In this document: piece after piece, positions 1 through 17,900 of the stretch
Numbering within the stretch: position 1 is the first letter of the stretch
How the letters are laid out: the number at the start of each line of letters is the position of its first letter
Source of the DNA: Laetmonice hystrix
Lineage: Eukaryota
Assembly: GCA_965235115.1 (NCBI GenBank)
Contig: OZ249436.1
Span: forward strand, 42,348,001-42,412,000
Direction of reading: 5' to 3'
DNA: 64,000 bases
Made by a program: the position numbers and the translations under genes
The notes under the pieces: generated by a model
What the model saw: the letters and a program-made list of their open reading frames with translations, nothing else
Databases searched by the model: none
Told to the model about the DNA's origin: nothing

Positions 1-461
1 CAGGCATGCTTGATGCCACCCCACGTGGGCACATCCCCCCCCCCCCCCACCTTTCCATCAGGAAACTTGGCTCCAGCCAGGGGGAGTAAGGGCTTTATTT
101 CCAAATTATTCTGAAGGCCCTGATAATGTACAGTCGAAATTTATTCTAGCTACCAGTAAAATTGCTAAGACACTTGATTTAGATTTTTAGGTGAAATAAC
201 AGTGGTTCCAAATTTGACCTGTATGCTTGTGTGAATATGCCGAAGGAATACAAGTTATCCTAACAGGGCAGATTTAAATATTGTTCTCAAAATGACATGC
301 AATATTTTTCATCTGAATTATTTTAATTATTTCCTAAATTTTAACAATTATTTCTTAATTTATTTGTCAGAAGAATCACTACCTGCAGTCGAATATATCG
401 GTACATTTGTTCTGTCACTTGTTTTTATGTGGTTTCTTCTCTGTTGTTTCACGAACACCAG

Positions 462-550
462 GTCACTATGACCTGAATGCATATGCTTGTGTTACTGGGA
501 AACCCATCACCCAAGGCGGAATCCATGGGCGTGTCTCTGCTACTGGTCGT
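462..550 (+). CDS. GLUD1: GDH alternative exon A (89 nt, (G)[29 protein letters not shown])
   Basis: CAG acceptor ending at 461 after a pyrimidine tract; GTAAGT donor at 551; open frame, phase 1 to 0. Confidence 0.93.
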
Positions 551-3500
551 GTAAGTAAATTTTTGTAATGAAAGTATTGAAACAAAGCACCCGTCATTTG
601 TTTAGTGTACCAATCTGCTCAAACTCCTCTTCATTGAAACCACACCAAGACGTTCTCCTGGTGAGTCAAAACTATTCAGGGTTCACCATGATAATCATGG
701 TAGGAATATTCCGCCATCTGGAACCAAGGTCTTCTCTTCCTTGAGCAAGACCTTTAGTTTCATGAACAAAAAAGACCCGATACTCATAGGATCAAACTTC
801 AAAGGTAACGTGAACCTGGTGCCAACTTGAGATCCAACCAAGGTCGCCAAGAGCAGATGGAACACCAGAACAGGATGAGGGGTGTTTTATTATTGATTGT
901 TATGTAAATATTAATAAATCCATTACATCTTTTTTCAATCCAGGCCATGGAGACATGAATTCCCATGCGTGTGTCACGGGAAAACCTATTACTCAGGGAG
1001 GCATTCATGGTCGTGTTTCTGCCACCGGCAGAGTAAGTAACAATGACTCGGCAAAGGATAGCTGTGGTCTAGTGCCTCATTACACCTGCCCGCATCACCA
1101 CTCCTGGGAGTTTTCTTTTTTCCGCCCTGACTTGTGCTTATTTAACCTTATTTAAGATAGTTTATTAACTTTATATTAGCTAATGGGAGCAGTGGAACTA
1201 GAAGACTTGGACAACTTGGAACAAGTTTCCTTGTGTTTGCATATATCAGGATGTTGACAAACAACAGTGCAGATCTACAAGCAATCCAAGAAGATGTAGA
1301 CCACGAGGACATGCTTGATAAATTGGCTACCAGTATCACTCTAGATGAAGCACAACCTGGCCACTTTAAGACCATTGCTGTTTGCTTTCATAGATTCATA
1401 GAGTATTTCAGCGAGGAAAACAGATGGTGTTATGTTTTCCACAAAATTGTGAAATTGTGGTGCTACATTCTTAAAACATGATTTAGGAAGTGGCTTAAGT
1501 ATAGATCTAAGATTTCAGGGTCCTCGAGAGACGGTGTTCTGGACTACACTTACCTGGTACACAGAAAGAGGACAGTTAACTAATTTTAAGAAAATTATCC
1601 TAAAGCTTTAGAATTACATGAAGTTGAGACTACACATCTGAATTTTTGAATTGTCTGCTTTGATTTTGCACTCAGATATATTGGTAGTTTATGGGATATG
1701 GATCTGCACTACACTTACACTACTAGATTTAGGTGGTTCCTAGCAGTAAACCACAGGCCATAGACCGATAGAGTAAGGATTCTGTCTGTCATATTGTGAG
1801 AGCCTACATTGATGCACCCTTGAGTGGCCTTGGCCAACAATGGTGGGATGACCTTGTACAAGTGAAACAACCTTCAGAGAATTCTAGGGGTCATCAAGTA
1901 TAGCGTGGGTCGTGGTCGGGGCTGGTTATGTTGGTATAGCAATCTAACATTGTACATGTGGGCCATGTGGAGGGAGGGTTGGCATGATGCCAGACCGAGT
2001 TGGAATAGTCCGGAGTGATATAACTACCAAGTAGATATAAAGGCCTAGACTATAGTAACTAAGGATTACCTGTAAATGCTTATTTACCAGACCAAAGAAT
2101 ATTATATAGCACCGTACATGCGTATTAATGATTTGTCACGGTATCATGTATTGTGGGATTAAGGCTTATATCCAAACAGTTTATTATGGACCGGGACCTG
2201 ATTTTATGAGCACTGGCAAAGCATGATATGTGTTTGAATATGAAAAGCCTAACCTTGCTAGACACGGTTTTTGTTGACCAGAGAAGCTCCTTGCACAAAC
2301 AAATGTGCAGTTAGCATTGTGGTTTTTAGAAATTTCTTGTAGAGGGTGCATGTGGTTTGGTACTGTGTTGTGAACAGTGTGTATTGCCTACTATCTCTCA
2401 CCTGGTAGCTTGATGTAGTCCAGTCTACTTTAACCTGTTATTTGTGGTTCTTGGAAGAGGGAAATTAACAATGCATGGCAGATGTGTGCAGTTTTGAATT
2501 TTCTGGCTACAAGTGGTACAAGCTACAACATACAGCACGTAGTTCCTTTTGAAGACCTAAAGATTTGTAACCTTGCTAAAGGTTTTAGTCTGCTATTCAT
2601 TTGTTTTTATACATTCTTTGGATTTTGTAAAGTTGTATCAACCTTGGCTAATATCTTGTCAGGCACCAGGCGTAACCAAGGTAAAGACTTAAGTACGTAC
2701 GTCATATATTATTCTTAAGTCTTTACTTTGATTTTCGTAGAATTACAGTGGTTCACAGATAGAGGTCACAGTAAATGGAGCGATATGTCATAGTATTATA
2801 TTCCCAAGTAATTTTTACTTAATAAGTGAAATATTGTAGAAAGAAATTGTGGATTGGCAGATCTGGTATTTAGTTAATGGGAACAACCAGCTGTTTTATA
2901 ATATTTGGATGCAAATTTATGATTGAACGAAAATGTAGCGGGCAAAAATTAGATTAGGTTCCAAAAATTCCTATGGTTAAAATCCTGTTTATAAAATATC
3001 AAAGTGACCCTCTGATTAAAAGATTTGGAACATTACAAACTTTGTGTGCTTGCATGCCTCGTCACCTTACATCTAGTTGTATCCCAGTAACCTTGGCGCT
3101 AGAAACCTGCATCCATTGTATCTGGGCCTGTTTGTACACCGCTCTGTATTTGCTTTTTGCAAAATTTTGATTAATTTTTTGTACAGGGTATCTTCCATGG
3201 CATCGAGAACTTTGTAAATGAGGCCAGCTACATGAGTATGGTTGGCATCACCCCAAGCCTAGGGGATAAGACCTTCATTATCCAGGTGAGAATTCTACAC
3301 GTGTATTGAACAGTTGCAAAAGAAGTACATGTATACTGTGTACTTAGTTGCCGGGCTTTTGGAGGTCAGAGAGCTGAGAACAAGATATCAAGACCCAGAT
3401 GGACACCATTCTTATCAGCTTTAAGTACTTTTTGAGGCACTGTTATTGTTAAAAGAAAAGGTGAAATATTAATATCTGGTATTAAGAAAAGGGCTTTTTG

Positions 3501-6262
3501 AAAATAAATTAAGAAAAGGGCTTTTTGAAAGAACGTTTCCATTTAATATCAAGGTTTTACAAAGTGAATTTTATTTGTAAATTTTACTTATTTATCTAGG
3601 GATTCGGTAATGTGGGTCTACACACAATGCGCTATCTACATCGTGCCGGAGCACGCTGTGTTGGTGTGGTAGAGCGTGATGGAAGCATCCACAATCCCAA
3701 TGGAATTGATCCACGGAAATTGGAGGACCATGTGATAGTAAGTTCATTAATTAATTCCACAAAATGGGCAGCTCAGTGGTATCACATGTATGTAAAAATT
3801 TTGCACTACGTTGGAGTATTTTTTCAGTATAAAAGCTTTCACTATGGTACCAGTTTGTAACCAAAAAGAACTAAAGGTTGCAATAGGCAAAAAGTTGATA
3901 AATTGATTGGACTTTTGTATTCATGAGAATCGTAGAATCGTAGGGGGGGAGACTTGTAAGTTGAAGTCAGGCCTCGAATTAGAAGTTTACAGGGGCACGG
4001 CAAAAACTGCCGTCGATACATAAGAAACACCATAAGATTTTTAAAGGGCACAGCGGCAAATTTACCATACATGGAAAAGGCAGGACGGCAGATCATGCCG
4101 TTGTGTAATTCGAGGTCTGTGAAGTCCTTGTGTCCGATCACTAAAGGGAAGGGACTGTTATTGCCTCCTGATATCCAGCCAGTCTGGTATCAGACAAAGC
4201 CTACTGATAACTTCAGTCTCCATAAAAAGGTGTTGAACATCTGTTGTTCACTGTAAAAGAAACTGCAGAACATCACTTACATTGGTGGAGCCTACTAGAA
4301 ACTGATAGATGTAGGTTGCCTTGACTAAGTGTGTTGGCTGATTGGGTGTTTTTTGATGTTTTTTAAATGTATTTTTTATTTCATTTTGTAGACATACTTG
4401 ACATAGTACACACTGGCTGATCAGTTATTTACTGTTAGTGAGGCAAGCGAGCAGACTGTGATCATTTTCATTTTACTGTGCTTATAGAAAAAGAATAAAA
4501 TGTCTAGTATGGTTATCAGCAATTTCACAAGACTTTTCTTGCATATGTAGGAAAATGGAACAATCGTCGGTTTCCCAGGTGCAGAAGCATACGAAGGTGA
4601 GAGTCTGCTCACAGAGAAGTGTGACATTCTCATACCATGTGCTGTAGAGAAAGTCATCAATGCTGGCAATGCACACAAGATTCAAGCAAAGGTAAGAACT
4701 GCCTTTTGTATAATTTTAAGAAAACAAGGCGATACATATAAATGCACCCGTGACCCCGCATCCCACCCACATCTCAAATCCTAGGGTGCATTCAAGTTTA
4801 TCAGTGTAACAGTACACTGTTATTAGCCCATCTCATATCCATGGGATGGGCTCTTGAAGTTTTGTGTAAAAGTATATATCAATGTGTAGGGCTTAATGAG
4901 CCGCATCTGATAAGTGCAAAAAATTATATATACCAAATGCAATAGGGTTTTATTTGTTCCCAAGGCCAATTGTGTAATTTGGCCCCACTCACTGGAATCG
5001 ACCCGTTGCTGGAAGAGGTCTTGGTGTACAATTCACCAAAACCATCGCCATTTGGAAAGTTTCTTCACCAATTTAAGAAACTAATCATTGGCAAATTGGG
5101 TTCTCATGGGTCCGGGAAACCCGGGGAAAGTCCAGAGATTTTTTAAGCTCTAATAGTATGGGAGCCCTTTAACTTGATCCATTGTATTCTGTGTCTTGGT
5201 AATGAATGAGAACTTTTTCTCACAGATCGTAGCTGAAGGTGCTAATGGGCCTACAACAATGGCTGCAGACCAGATTCTTCTAGACAGGAATGTGCTAGTC
5301 ATTCCTGACATGTTTGTCAATGCTGGTGGTGTGACAGTCTCATATTTCGAGTGGCTGAAGAATCTTAACCACGTAAGCTTTGGACGCCTCACCTTCAAGT
5401 ATGAGCGGGACTCAAACTACAATCTGCTAGGTATGGATAACATGTTCATAGGATTTCTACAGGGTTCACACTTGTCAGAGAGATTTATCTTTCCTCCAAA
5501 AGGTTTCAGCTGTGGCAATCATAGACCGTAGATGTTGGGGGGGGGGGGGGATAAATACCCAGTAATGTGAAGGAAATTGAATATTTTATTGACCATGTTT
5601 AATCTATGTACTTGACTGTACTGACTAAACTTAAGTGACCCAGTATGCCTCTAGTTATAACAAGGGATGTCAGTATCAAGAATTTACACAGTATATTTGT
5701 TGTTTGATACAGAGAGTGTGCAACAGTCACTGGAACGTAAATTTGGAAAGAATGGTGGCAAGATTCCTATAACCCCCAGTGAAGCCTTCGAGCAGAGAAT
5801 TTCTGGTGCTTCTGAAAAAGACATAGTACACTCTGGACTGGCATATACCATGGAACGCTCATCTAGGGTATGTACAAATGAAGCCACTGCTATCAGAATG
5901 GTGTGCAGCAGTCTGCTCCAGACAGCGTTAGATTCTTCCTGTTAGATTATCTGAAAAGCTGGTGGCCTTGACCATTAGTGTATTTTATTCTAATAGATCT
6001 ATGTTTAATTTTATCGACGACAAACAGATTAGAATCAACCTTTGTATCACACTGCCTACCAAATAACCAAATATTACCGGTATACAGAATAATAGAATGT
6101 TCTGTTTGTCTGAATACACAATATTTTGTTTTTTTATTGCAGGCCATCATGCGCACTGCAATGAAGTACAACCTTGGATTGGATCTACGAACGGCTGCTT
6201 ACATCAGTTCCATCGAGAAGATCTTCAAGGTGTACAATGAGGCCGGCCTCACTTTTACATAG
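462..6262 (+). CDS. GLUD1: Glutamate dehydrogenase, mitochondrial (3' part; upstream exons lie outside the window)
   Basis: GT-AG exons: [462-550 OR 944-1032], 3187-3285, 3600-3737, 4551-4691, 5226-5430, 5713-5867, 6143-6262 (TAG). The spliced frame is continuous and gives GDH motifs [60 protein letters not shown], antenna/pivot [21 protein letters not shown] and C-terminal YNEAGLTFT. Confidence 0.97.
944..1032 (+). CDS. GLUD1: GDH alternative exon B (89 nt, (G)[29 protein letters not shown])
   Basis: CAG acceptor at 941-943 after a T-rich tract; GTAAGT donor at 1033; same length and phase as exon A, with many synonymous differences. Confidence 0.93.
3968..4119. mobile_element. ~150-bp MITE with CAGG termini and 6-bp TSD (hAT-like)
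   Basis: TIR CAGGCCTCGAATTA...TAATTCGAGGTCTG; flanked by TGAAGT on both sides; a closely similar second copy lies at 12481-12629. Confidence 0.85.
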
Positions 6263-9063
6263 ACCGTGTTCCAGCATGCATTATTCTGTGACGTGATCAG
6301 ATGAAATACAATAAATCAAATTGGTCACCTTTCAACATTACCATAGAAGGAAAATAGACAAGCTCGTTCTTGCAGAGAACGAACATCTCCAAAGCTATAC
6401 GTACAGTGTCATAGGCGTCTCAACCTGCAGTACTTGATGGACCAGTAAGGGCATGACCATGCTCTTTGTTAGACAGTGCTGAGACAACAAAACATCCAGT
6501 GCTCTACGTCTGTTACATACCTGTTAATTGAGTACATATTTATGATTGGAAGGGTTATGTTTAATTATTCAGCAGTCTGTGACATTTCAACCCTAAGGCA
6601 AGGCCCTCAATAGTTGTCGGGAGGCATAGATCTGTCCAGTGGTCTTGTAGAGTCTTTCATGTAAAGGTCGCAAACTGCCTTGCTTTTTCTTTTCTAGATT
6701 GCATATTGCGTTGCATTAGGACTTGGTAGAAAATTGGAATACCGTATTCGACGAGTTAATCATACTACCGTTAGTTTTCACATACATCTCCATTTTCAAG
6801 GTACCTTTTGAGGGGGTCCTTATTTTAATTTCCTATTCACCACTTCATCAACTTGGCAAGGACTGTTGTATCACCATGCAAATTTTAGAGGTAAAGGGAT
6901 ACCACGTTTGACAATGAAACATGGCAATCTAAAGTCCCAATATATAATGGTAGCTGAAGAAGGTAGAATTCTTAACGTTTTTAATGCTTCAAAATTATTA
7001 TTTTATTGTCTCCTATGCTTGACCCGTCGAATATAGTACACACTGATGCACACGTGCGGGTGACGCTGACATGGGTTTAATGAAGTCGGTATCATGCATT
7101 ACATTTACACAGGTATCGATAAACTTTTAAACAATAGCAGTTGAGTTTGTCTTATAGTTAATGAGAAAGTAGATTGCAATATTGCAGGATTTAAAGATCA
7201 AACAGTGGGATAATTCCAGTGAAATAGGTAATCAGAAGTTGAAGGCAATAGCTCAGTGGAGATTGTTACTTGTTGGATATTGTTAGCTCCATTTCTCCTG
7301 ATATTTACTGGTGATACTTTTGTTTTTCGTTTTTAGAATAAATATTAGATACATCCTCTCGCTGCATCTTATGGTGATGGCCTACATTTTAAAGCCAGAA
7401 TAACTTGAGTTGAAAGGATCAAGATAAGAACACGGTTAAAATTAGAGTCATTCAATACAAATATAATACCTGAATTGACAATGTAAATTTATCTTCACTT
7501 CAGTATATGACATTGTAAATCACCTTGAATAAAGTCATAATTATGTATATTGCTCTCATGTAGCTGGTTGTTCTATTTATTTATCCTATTCATGGAAGAT
7601 AGTCATCCTTTATAACACCTACGAGAGATTCTGGCGTTCTAAAGCTACGGATCATCAGTCGTGAGAAAGTTCGGGGGGGGGGCTCGAAATAGAAATTGGC
7701 GAGCAGAAGTTAAATCTTGAAAACGTCTTCCACCTGCGCAGAGCGTTATACTGCATTACAATTTATGTTCATTCACTTCCAGTAATTATTGTATTATTCT
7801 AATGACGGCTGTATTTGATTAGAGTTTTGAGGGCAAAGTTTCTCTAACTGAAATTGAGGTTGAATTGAAAGGCTGCTAGAATGGAGACATCCGTGATATA
7901 GAAAGCTTAACCGAAAAAAAATGTCACTATGTACTAATGGTGAAAAAGTGGTGTGTTTATATGACTATAATATATACTTAACCTACATAAACGGTAGCCT
8001 GCCGTCCCATAACGGGAAGCTCTCCGCGTGAGATCAGGCCATAAAAGTCTTTCCATGCAGTCACTCCGCACCTTCGGGACGCTCCGCACCTTCGCCCACA
8101 CGAACCCAGGTCGCGCCGCACCCCCGCCATACTCGCCCGAGGTTAAACGCAGCTTTGCCCAAACGAACCCTGTGGAAACCTCACATTGTAACTGCATGGT
8201 TTTTGACCAGTTATATGAATGAATTAGCACTGAATTAAATTTAATATTGAATCACTGGTAATGTGGTATCCTGCCATTTCATATTAAATGAGTCGTTTCG
8301 TAATTAGTCCTAAGCCAGTGGCGGTCGGCCTGTAGTGAGCCGCCCCCGCGAACTACCGGTCGCCAAGCCGGCCTGCCCGCCCGGCTCGGGTGAGCCGAGG
8401 ACAGGGGTTGGTGGCCGTGGCCTCACCCGGCTGTCGTGAGCACGCGACCGGGACGGTGCATGCTCAGGGGCGGATCAAGGGGGGGGGGGGGGGGGGGGGG
8501 GGCACAAAGGGGTGCTTACACCTCGTGAAATTCTATAACACTAGGGGCGGATCCTGTTTTTTCTTCGGGGGGGGGGGGGCACGGCAATGATGTATCGCCA
8601 GGGGGGTTTCTGGGTTGCCCGGACCCCCCCCCCCCCAATTAATATAGGCTAGGCCTAATTAAATAACTGAATAAATAAAGGACTAATAATATTATGGTTG
8701 GGACCCCCCCCCCCCCCATCTCAGTTGGAAACACCCCCCCCCCCCTTAATCTCAGTTCTGCATGCCTACAATAATTGCATTCCACGTACCCGCCCCCCTC
8801 CCCAGACCCCCCGCTCATGCCTTCGAGCCTTCGCGCGCTTTTATTGGGACACCCCCTTTCCAATATTCCTGATCCACCGATGACTGCCCCCCCCCCCCTT
8901 CAGAAATTCTGCCTACAGTAGGCCTACAGGCCTATCTTCAGAGACTCTGCGGGGAAAACCACTTGTGGGGTTAACTTACTAGGCCGTAAAGCCTAGCTCT
9001 TGACTTCACAAGTCTGATCAGAGTCTGACTCAGTCGGGCCAAGTTTTATCGCCGGCCTGCTCA

Positions 9064-9231
9064 CGCGGGAAAGATATTCACCTCACTTCAGATGGCGCTA
9101 CTGTAGCTGTATCCGCCACATGTGATCCGCCATTACTCGCCGAAACATTTTGAAAGGCCCAGTATCATTGGTGCATTTTCAAATTGTTGAGCTTTAATCA
9201 TACATCCTCGTCGGTGATTGGTAGGTTCGAA
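9064..9231 (+). promoter_or_regulatory. Putative CDK1 cell-cycle promoter (E2F, CHR-like and CCAAT motifs)
   Basis: CGCGGGAAA 9064-9072 (TTTCCCGCG on the minus strand); TTTGAA 9149-9154 and 9178-9183 (reverse); ATTGG 9167-9171 and 9217-9221; TTCGAA 9226-9231. All lie just upstream of a candidate first-exon donor at 9294. Confidence 0.55.
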
Positions 9232-10194
9232 CAGAGCGGCAATCTCGCCTCAGACGAACAGAGAAACAAGTCCTCCAAGCCGAGACATGAAAGGTAGAGT
9301 ACATGATTCCTTTGTAGCAAATGTCAAGAAAAATGTTACTTTGTCACTTTCATTATGAAAATGAGTATGTATATCTGACAGGTAGACAGCTTGGGAGCAT
9401 TTCACGAACGAGAGCCGTTTTAGCACCGTTTTAGTTCGGCAAAGCCAGGCCTCTATGTATTATGATGACTGAGAGTGAGAGCCCAGTGAGTCGTCATGCC
9501 ACTCAGTCAAGGCAGGTTTGAGTGACACTCGAATTTAGCAGAGAAATGGAGCTAAGTTTACACGTTACATTCCCCAGGGCCGGGGACACCGACTCCGATA
9601 AATCATCATCTACTATACTAGTAATAGTAGTATCTATAGTAACCGGTTTTTTTTAAATAGTCTAGATCTAAGTCAAAATTGGGGGGGGGGGGGGGGGCTA
9701 ATTACTATACAGTGGCCTGAGTCGGATAGGCCTACTCGCTACTGTCAGTGCCCCGTCGTCGTGCCAGTTCATTAAATTTCAGCCATAAAATTTAGGCAGT
9801 GTAATTTACTATACTACTGGCATTTGGCAGGGTCATGTGACCAATGCAATAAATTAAATTAATGATTAATTAACAATTAACACCAAATAGGTGATTGGGG
9901 TCCCAAAAATAAAACTAATCCTAGCCTAGGCTTAACCCTGACCCAGATTGTATACCTAATACCTTGGACAAGGGCGGGGGGATATCTCCCCCCCCCCCCA
10001 CAAAAAAAGAAAAAAAACCAACTTGCAGAGCAACTTTTTTTTAATATTGCTATTTTTAGCTCTAAACTTCTATGTATGACGCATAAAAAGGATGGAATTT
10101 CGTTAATAGATTTGGGGGAGACTGATTTTGCTCAGGATGCTCAGAAAACATGTCTCTGGCATTCCTAAAAAAAATTCAGGGGGAGGGCCCCCAG

Positions 10195-10328
10195 GGGCCC
10201 GTCTTACTAAGCCGGCGACATTGCCCGTCATATGTCGCCAACGTTAAAGCAATGGGGCACGTCGCCAGAACAGGCGACATATTACCTTATATGGGCCGGC
10301 GACGTCGCCGGCTTAGTAAAACGGGGCC
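10195..10328. mobile_element. Harbinger/PIF-like MITE
   Basis: TIR GGGCCCGTCTTACTAAGCCGGCGAC / GTCGCCGGCTTAGTAAAACGGGGCC; CAG on both flanks. Confidence 0.65.
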
Positions 10329-10526
10329 CAGACCGCCCACCCTACAGCGGGCATGGATTGTTCCACCTAAATTATTTCATGGCGGAAATACTGTAACCTT
10401 AAGCCACGCTACCACTCCATTCATAGAATAAAATCTTTTTTTAAAACCCTCTCTCCCGAAATCAAAAACAGTACTTATGAATAATTGGGAAAAAAAAATC
10501 TTTCAGGTGAAGGAAAACCTAGCAGC

Positions 10527-14927
<4,401 letters not shown>

Positions 14928-17900
14928 GGTGGAGGGTGGGACCTTCATTACATAGACAACCAAACAGTGTGATGTGTGATCCTGACGATGAATGAATGTG
15001 ACCAGTGTAAGGGAAGGCATGATTGAATACAAGTGTTTATAGCAGTACCACCTTTGGTTAAAAAAAAAGTCTGTTCAGTCCAGCCTTGCCATTTCATCAT
15101 TTGTCGGTCCGGGGCAACTGGTCCAAATTGTTATCAGCCAAAAATGTTGTAAAAAAATGGATATATGCAGAGGCTGGTGAACATGTTGATTGTATGAATG
15201 GGTGGCAAGGTGAAGCGACTAGACTTGATGCAGAGAGATAGAATGAGGACAGAGATGTTTGCTACTGTTAATCTGCAGTGAAATCTGTATATATAGTGAG
15301 AGATGTGTTATGTCAAAAGAGTGGGAGTAAATGCCATGAAAGTCTATCGGAAAACATTTCAAATTTCATGCAATGTGTTAGAAGAGAGCATATGGTGAAC
15401 AGTTGGAAGCGAATGATCTCTTCTTTAGATTCTACTTGCAGCACGTCGTATCAATGTAACATTTATGTTTAACAGTAAAATTGTAATGCTAAAAAAATTA
15501 ACATTTTTGCTTGTACGGGGGTTTCAATGGCTTGAGTGAGGGACTAACTTTATGATCCTAAAATGTGTAGATGTATAAATAACCCAATATCAGTCTAAGT
15601 CCTACACCATTCGCCATTACACATTCTCGATGCATTTTGTAAGATGCTGTGTTCTGTAGTGCTCATGAATACCACTTGTGTTGTGAGAAGTGATCGTGAA
15701 CAGCACTCGTGAGAAGCAACAGCGTTTGGGCTGTTGCACCAGTCCAAACTCATAAGGAGTTTACGAGTGGTGTTTATCAGTCGTAATACCATTTGGGGAA
15801 AAAAAATCAGTTGTGAACTTGTACAACTGGTGAGCCACTAACGAACGGAGCATGTTTGAATGATTGCCTCTCATACAATATCTTCTGGAATGAATCCCCC
15901 AGCAGTTACTGGATTAAACAGGATTCGCAGTTCTAGGTTTGGATGGGTCATAATTTTTAACGAGGATGTTAACCTAATCCTGTAAAGTATGCAGGTGTCA
16001 ATTATTTGTAGGCCTCCATTTGATGCTGAAATGATTGGGTAAATATTAAATTAGTGGTGTGACTGGCAGATTAAAAGAAAAAGTAATATTTAATGAAAAC
16101 TGCGGTTACCAGTTGAGAAATATCGTAGTCCCTGACAGAAAATTTGGTGGTAACATCAGGTTCCACCTCCATATACCTCTGGCGGCACTAAGAACGGAAC
16201 AACAAGGGAGACAGACTCTCGGGTCATTGACGAAATGTTAAAAGTTGGTCTGTATTAGTGAGTATGAGTCGAGCTCGGAAGACTGGTGTTTGTAGCAGGC
16301 TCTCCTCGCACCTCCTCAGTCCTGACAAGGGCAAAATTTATGACTTACTTTTGTACAGGTTTTTTTTGTAAAACCAGAGACACTAATTTCTGCAGGCCAA
16401 GAACTGATTGATTACATACAACAAAAAGCACCAAGGTTTTTGCACTCTTTGACCATTTGCATCACTGACAGTTGAGAACTCAACCTGTAAGTTGGGGACC
16501 ATGGAGACAATAGGTCCTTTTTTGACTTGATGTTACTTTCAAGATTGTTTAATTTTGACAACCTTTTCGCATCTGTTTGTTGGTTCTTTGTAAGATTTAT
16601 TTGTAGATACAGTAGTACAGATAAAAACCAATTTGTAGAGACGAGCACAAGCATTTAAACAAAGATGTTTTGGTGCTGGCCTGGATAAGGGCGAAGGTGT
16701 TTTGGTATGGCAAGGTTCTGGCATTCAAAATGGACAACAAATCTTGTTTAATGGTACATTTGTACATGTCTTCAAACAACACAGTATTTATACTGGGTCG
16801 GATTTTTCGATAAGTCAGATATCTGATAACTTTGAATAATTTGTCAGATTTTGAGGTATTTATTGGCTTGCTGAAAATTGTCCTGTTCAAATCATGGCGA
16901 CGGGTATTTTTACACTATCAGTATAGGTGCACGATTGCCATTGTAAGGGTGTCTAATCACTTAAAATTTGGGAGCTTTGCCCCCTGGACTCCCTTCGGGG
17001 TGCTACCCATGGACCCAATCTGGGGTTACAGCAGCCCCCCCAAAATCCCCGGCCTTGGAGCCTTGATTTTCATTTCTAACAGAGTACAAACACTGACAAC
17101 GCCTTCTTATTCCAGGTTTATGTAGTTTGGCTAAGTTCTCTAATTGGCACTTATTTATTCAATTCCCACCTTTTCTTGAATTCACAGGAAGTTTGTACAG
17201 AGAATTGATAACATTTTGTGTATAAATGTCTTGGGATGTGGGCATAATTGCAACAAAGTATCCCTTTTTCTGTATTTCATACTTGTTTTCAGATATTTCA
17301 AGCTGTATAGGTCTGTAAACAATCAAGAGATGTTATTGTACGCATGTACTTAGTACTACAACAATAAATGGACACAAGTTATTCCTAAAAGTGAGAGATG
17401 AGCAAGTCTTTATCAAGTTTATGCTACTCAACTGGATGTTGGAACCAACTCGATTACATGGACATTTATTTGTACACATATCAACATTTTCAAAAATAAA
17501 TTTTTAATATTTAATTCTTGATTTTGTCATCTCTTAAAATGGCTGGTTGATTTTGTCGTCTCTTAAACCGGCCAGATTTCTAAGATAATAAGCCAAACTC
17601 TTCATTGTTTATATGATCCTCATTTAAGGTCATGTGTGAAACCCACTACATATCAATATGTTTATGAGGGCCACCAGAGTAAACCCAAGGCTTTGTTTGC
17701 ACAGGCATTATTTCCCATAAACCTAGTATAACGAAAAACTAACCATGGTGACAAAAAGAAATAGGATTCACATTCGTGGTAACTGACACGCACTTCTCTG
17801 AGCACGTAGTTTTAGCAATTTACTCAGTCTTATCTTTATTGGAATTTTAAAACGACCCGAGTACGGTACGTTCTTGAGTCTGGTTGCTCATGCTCAGACA

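Noticed and set aside
1233..1481. 82-aa ORF with protein-like composition in the GDH intron
   Set aside because: No recognisable motif. The GDH frame is complete without it and I found no convincing in-phase donor.
3481..3530. Two tandem copies of ATTAAGAAAAGGGCTTTTTGAAA
   Set aside because: Simple local duplication in an intron, with no spacer array or other structure.
8317..8900. GC-rich tract with poly-G/poly-C runs and short ORFs
   Set aside because: Looks like decayed CAGGGGCGGATC-type MITE fragments. Boundaries and TSDs could not be resolved and the ORFs are low-complexity.
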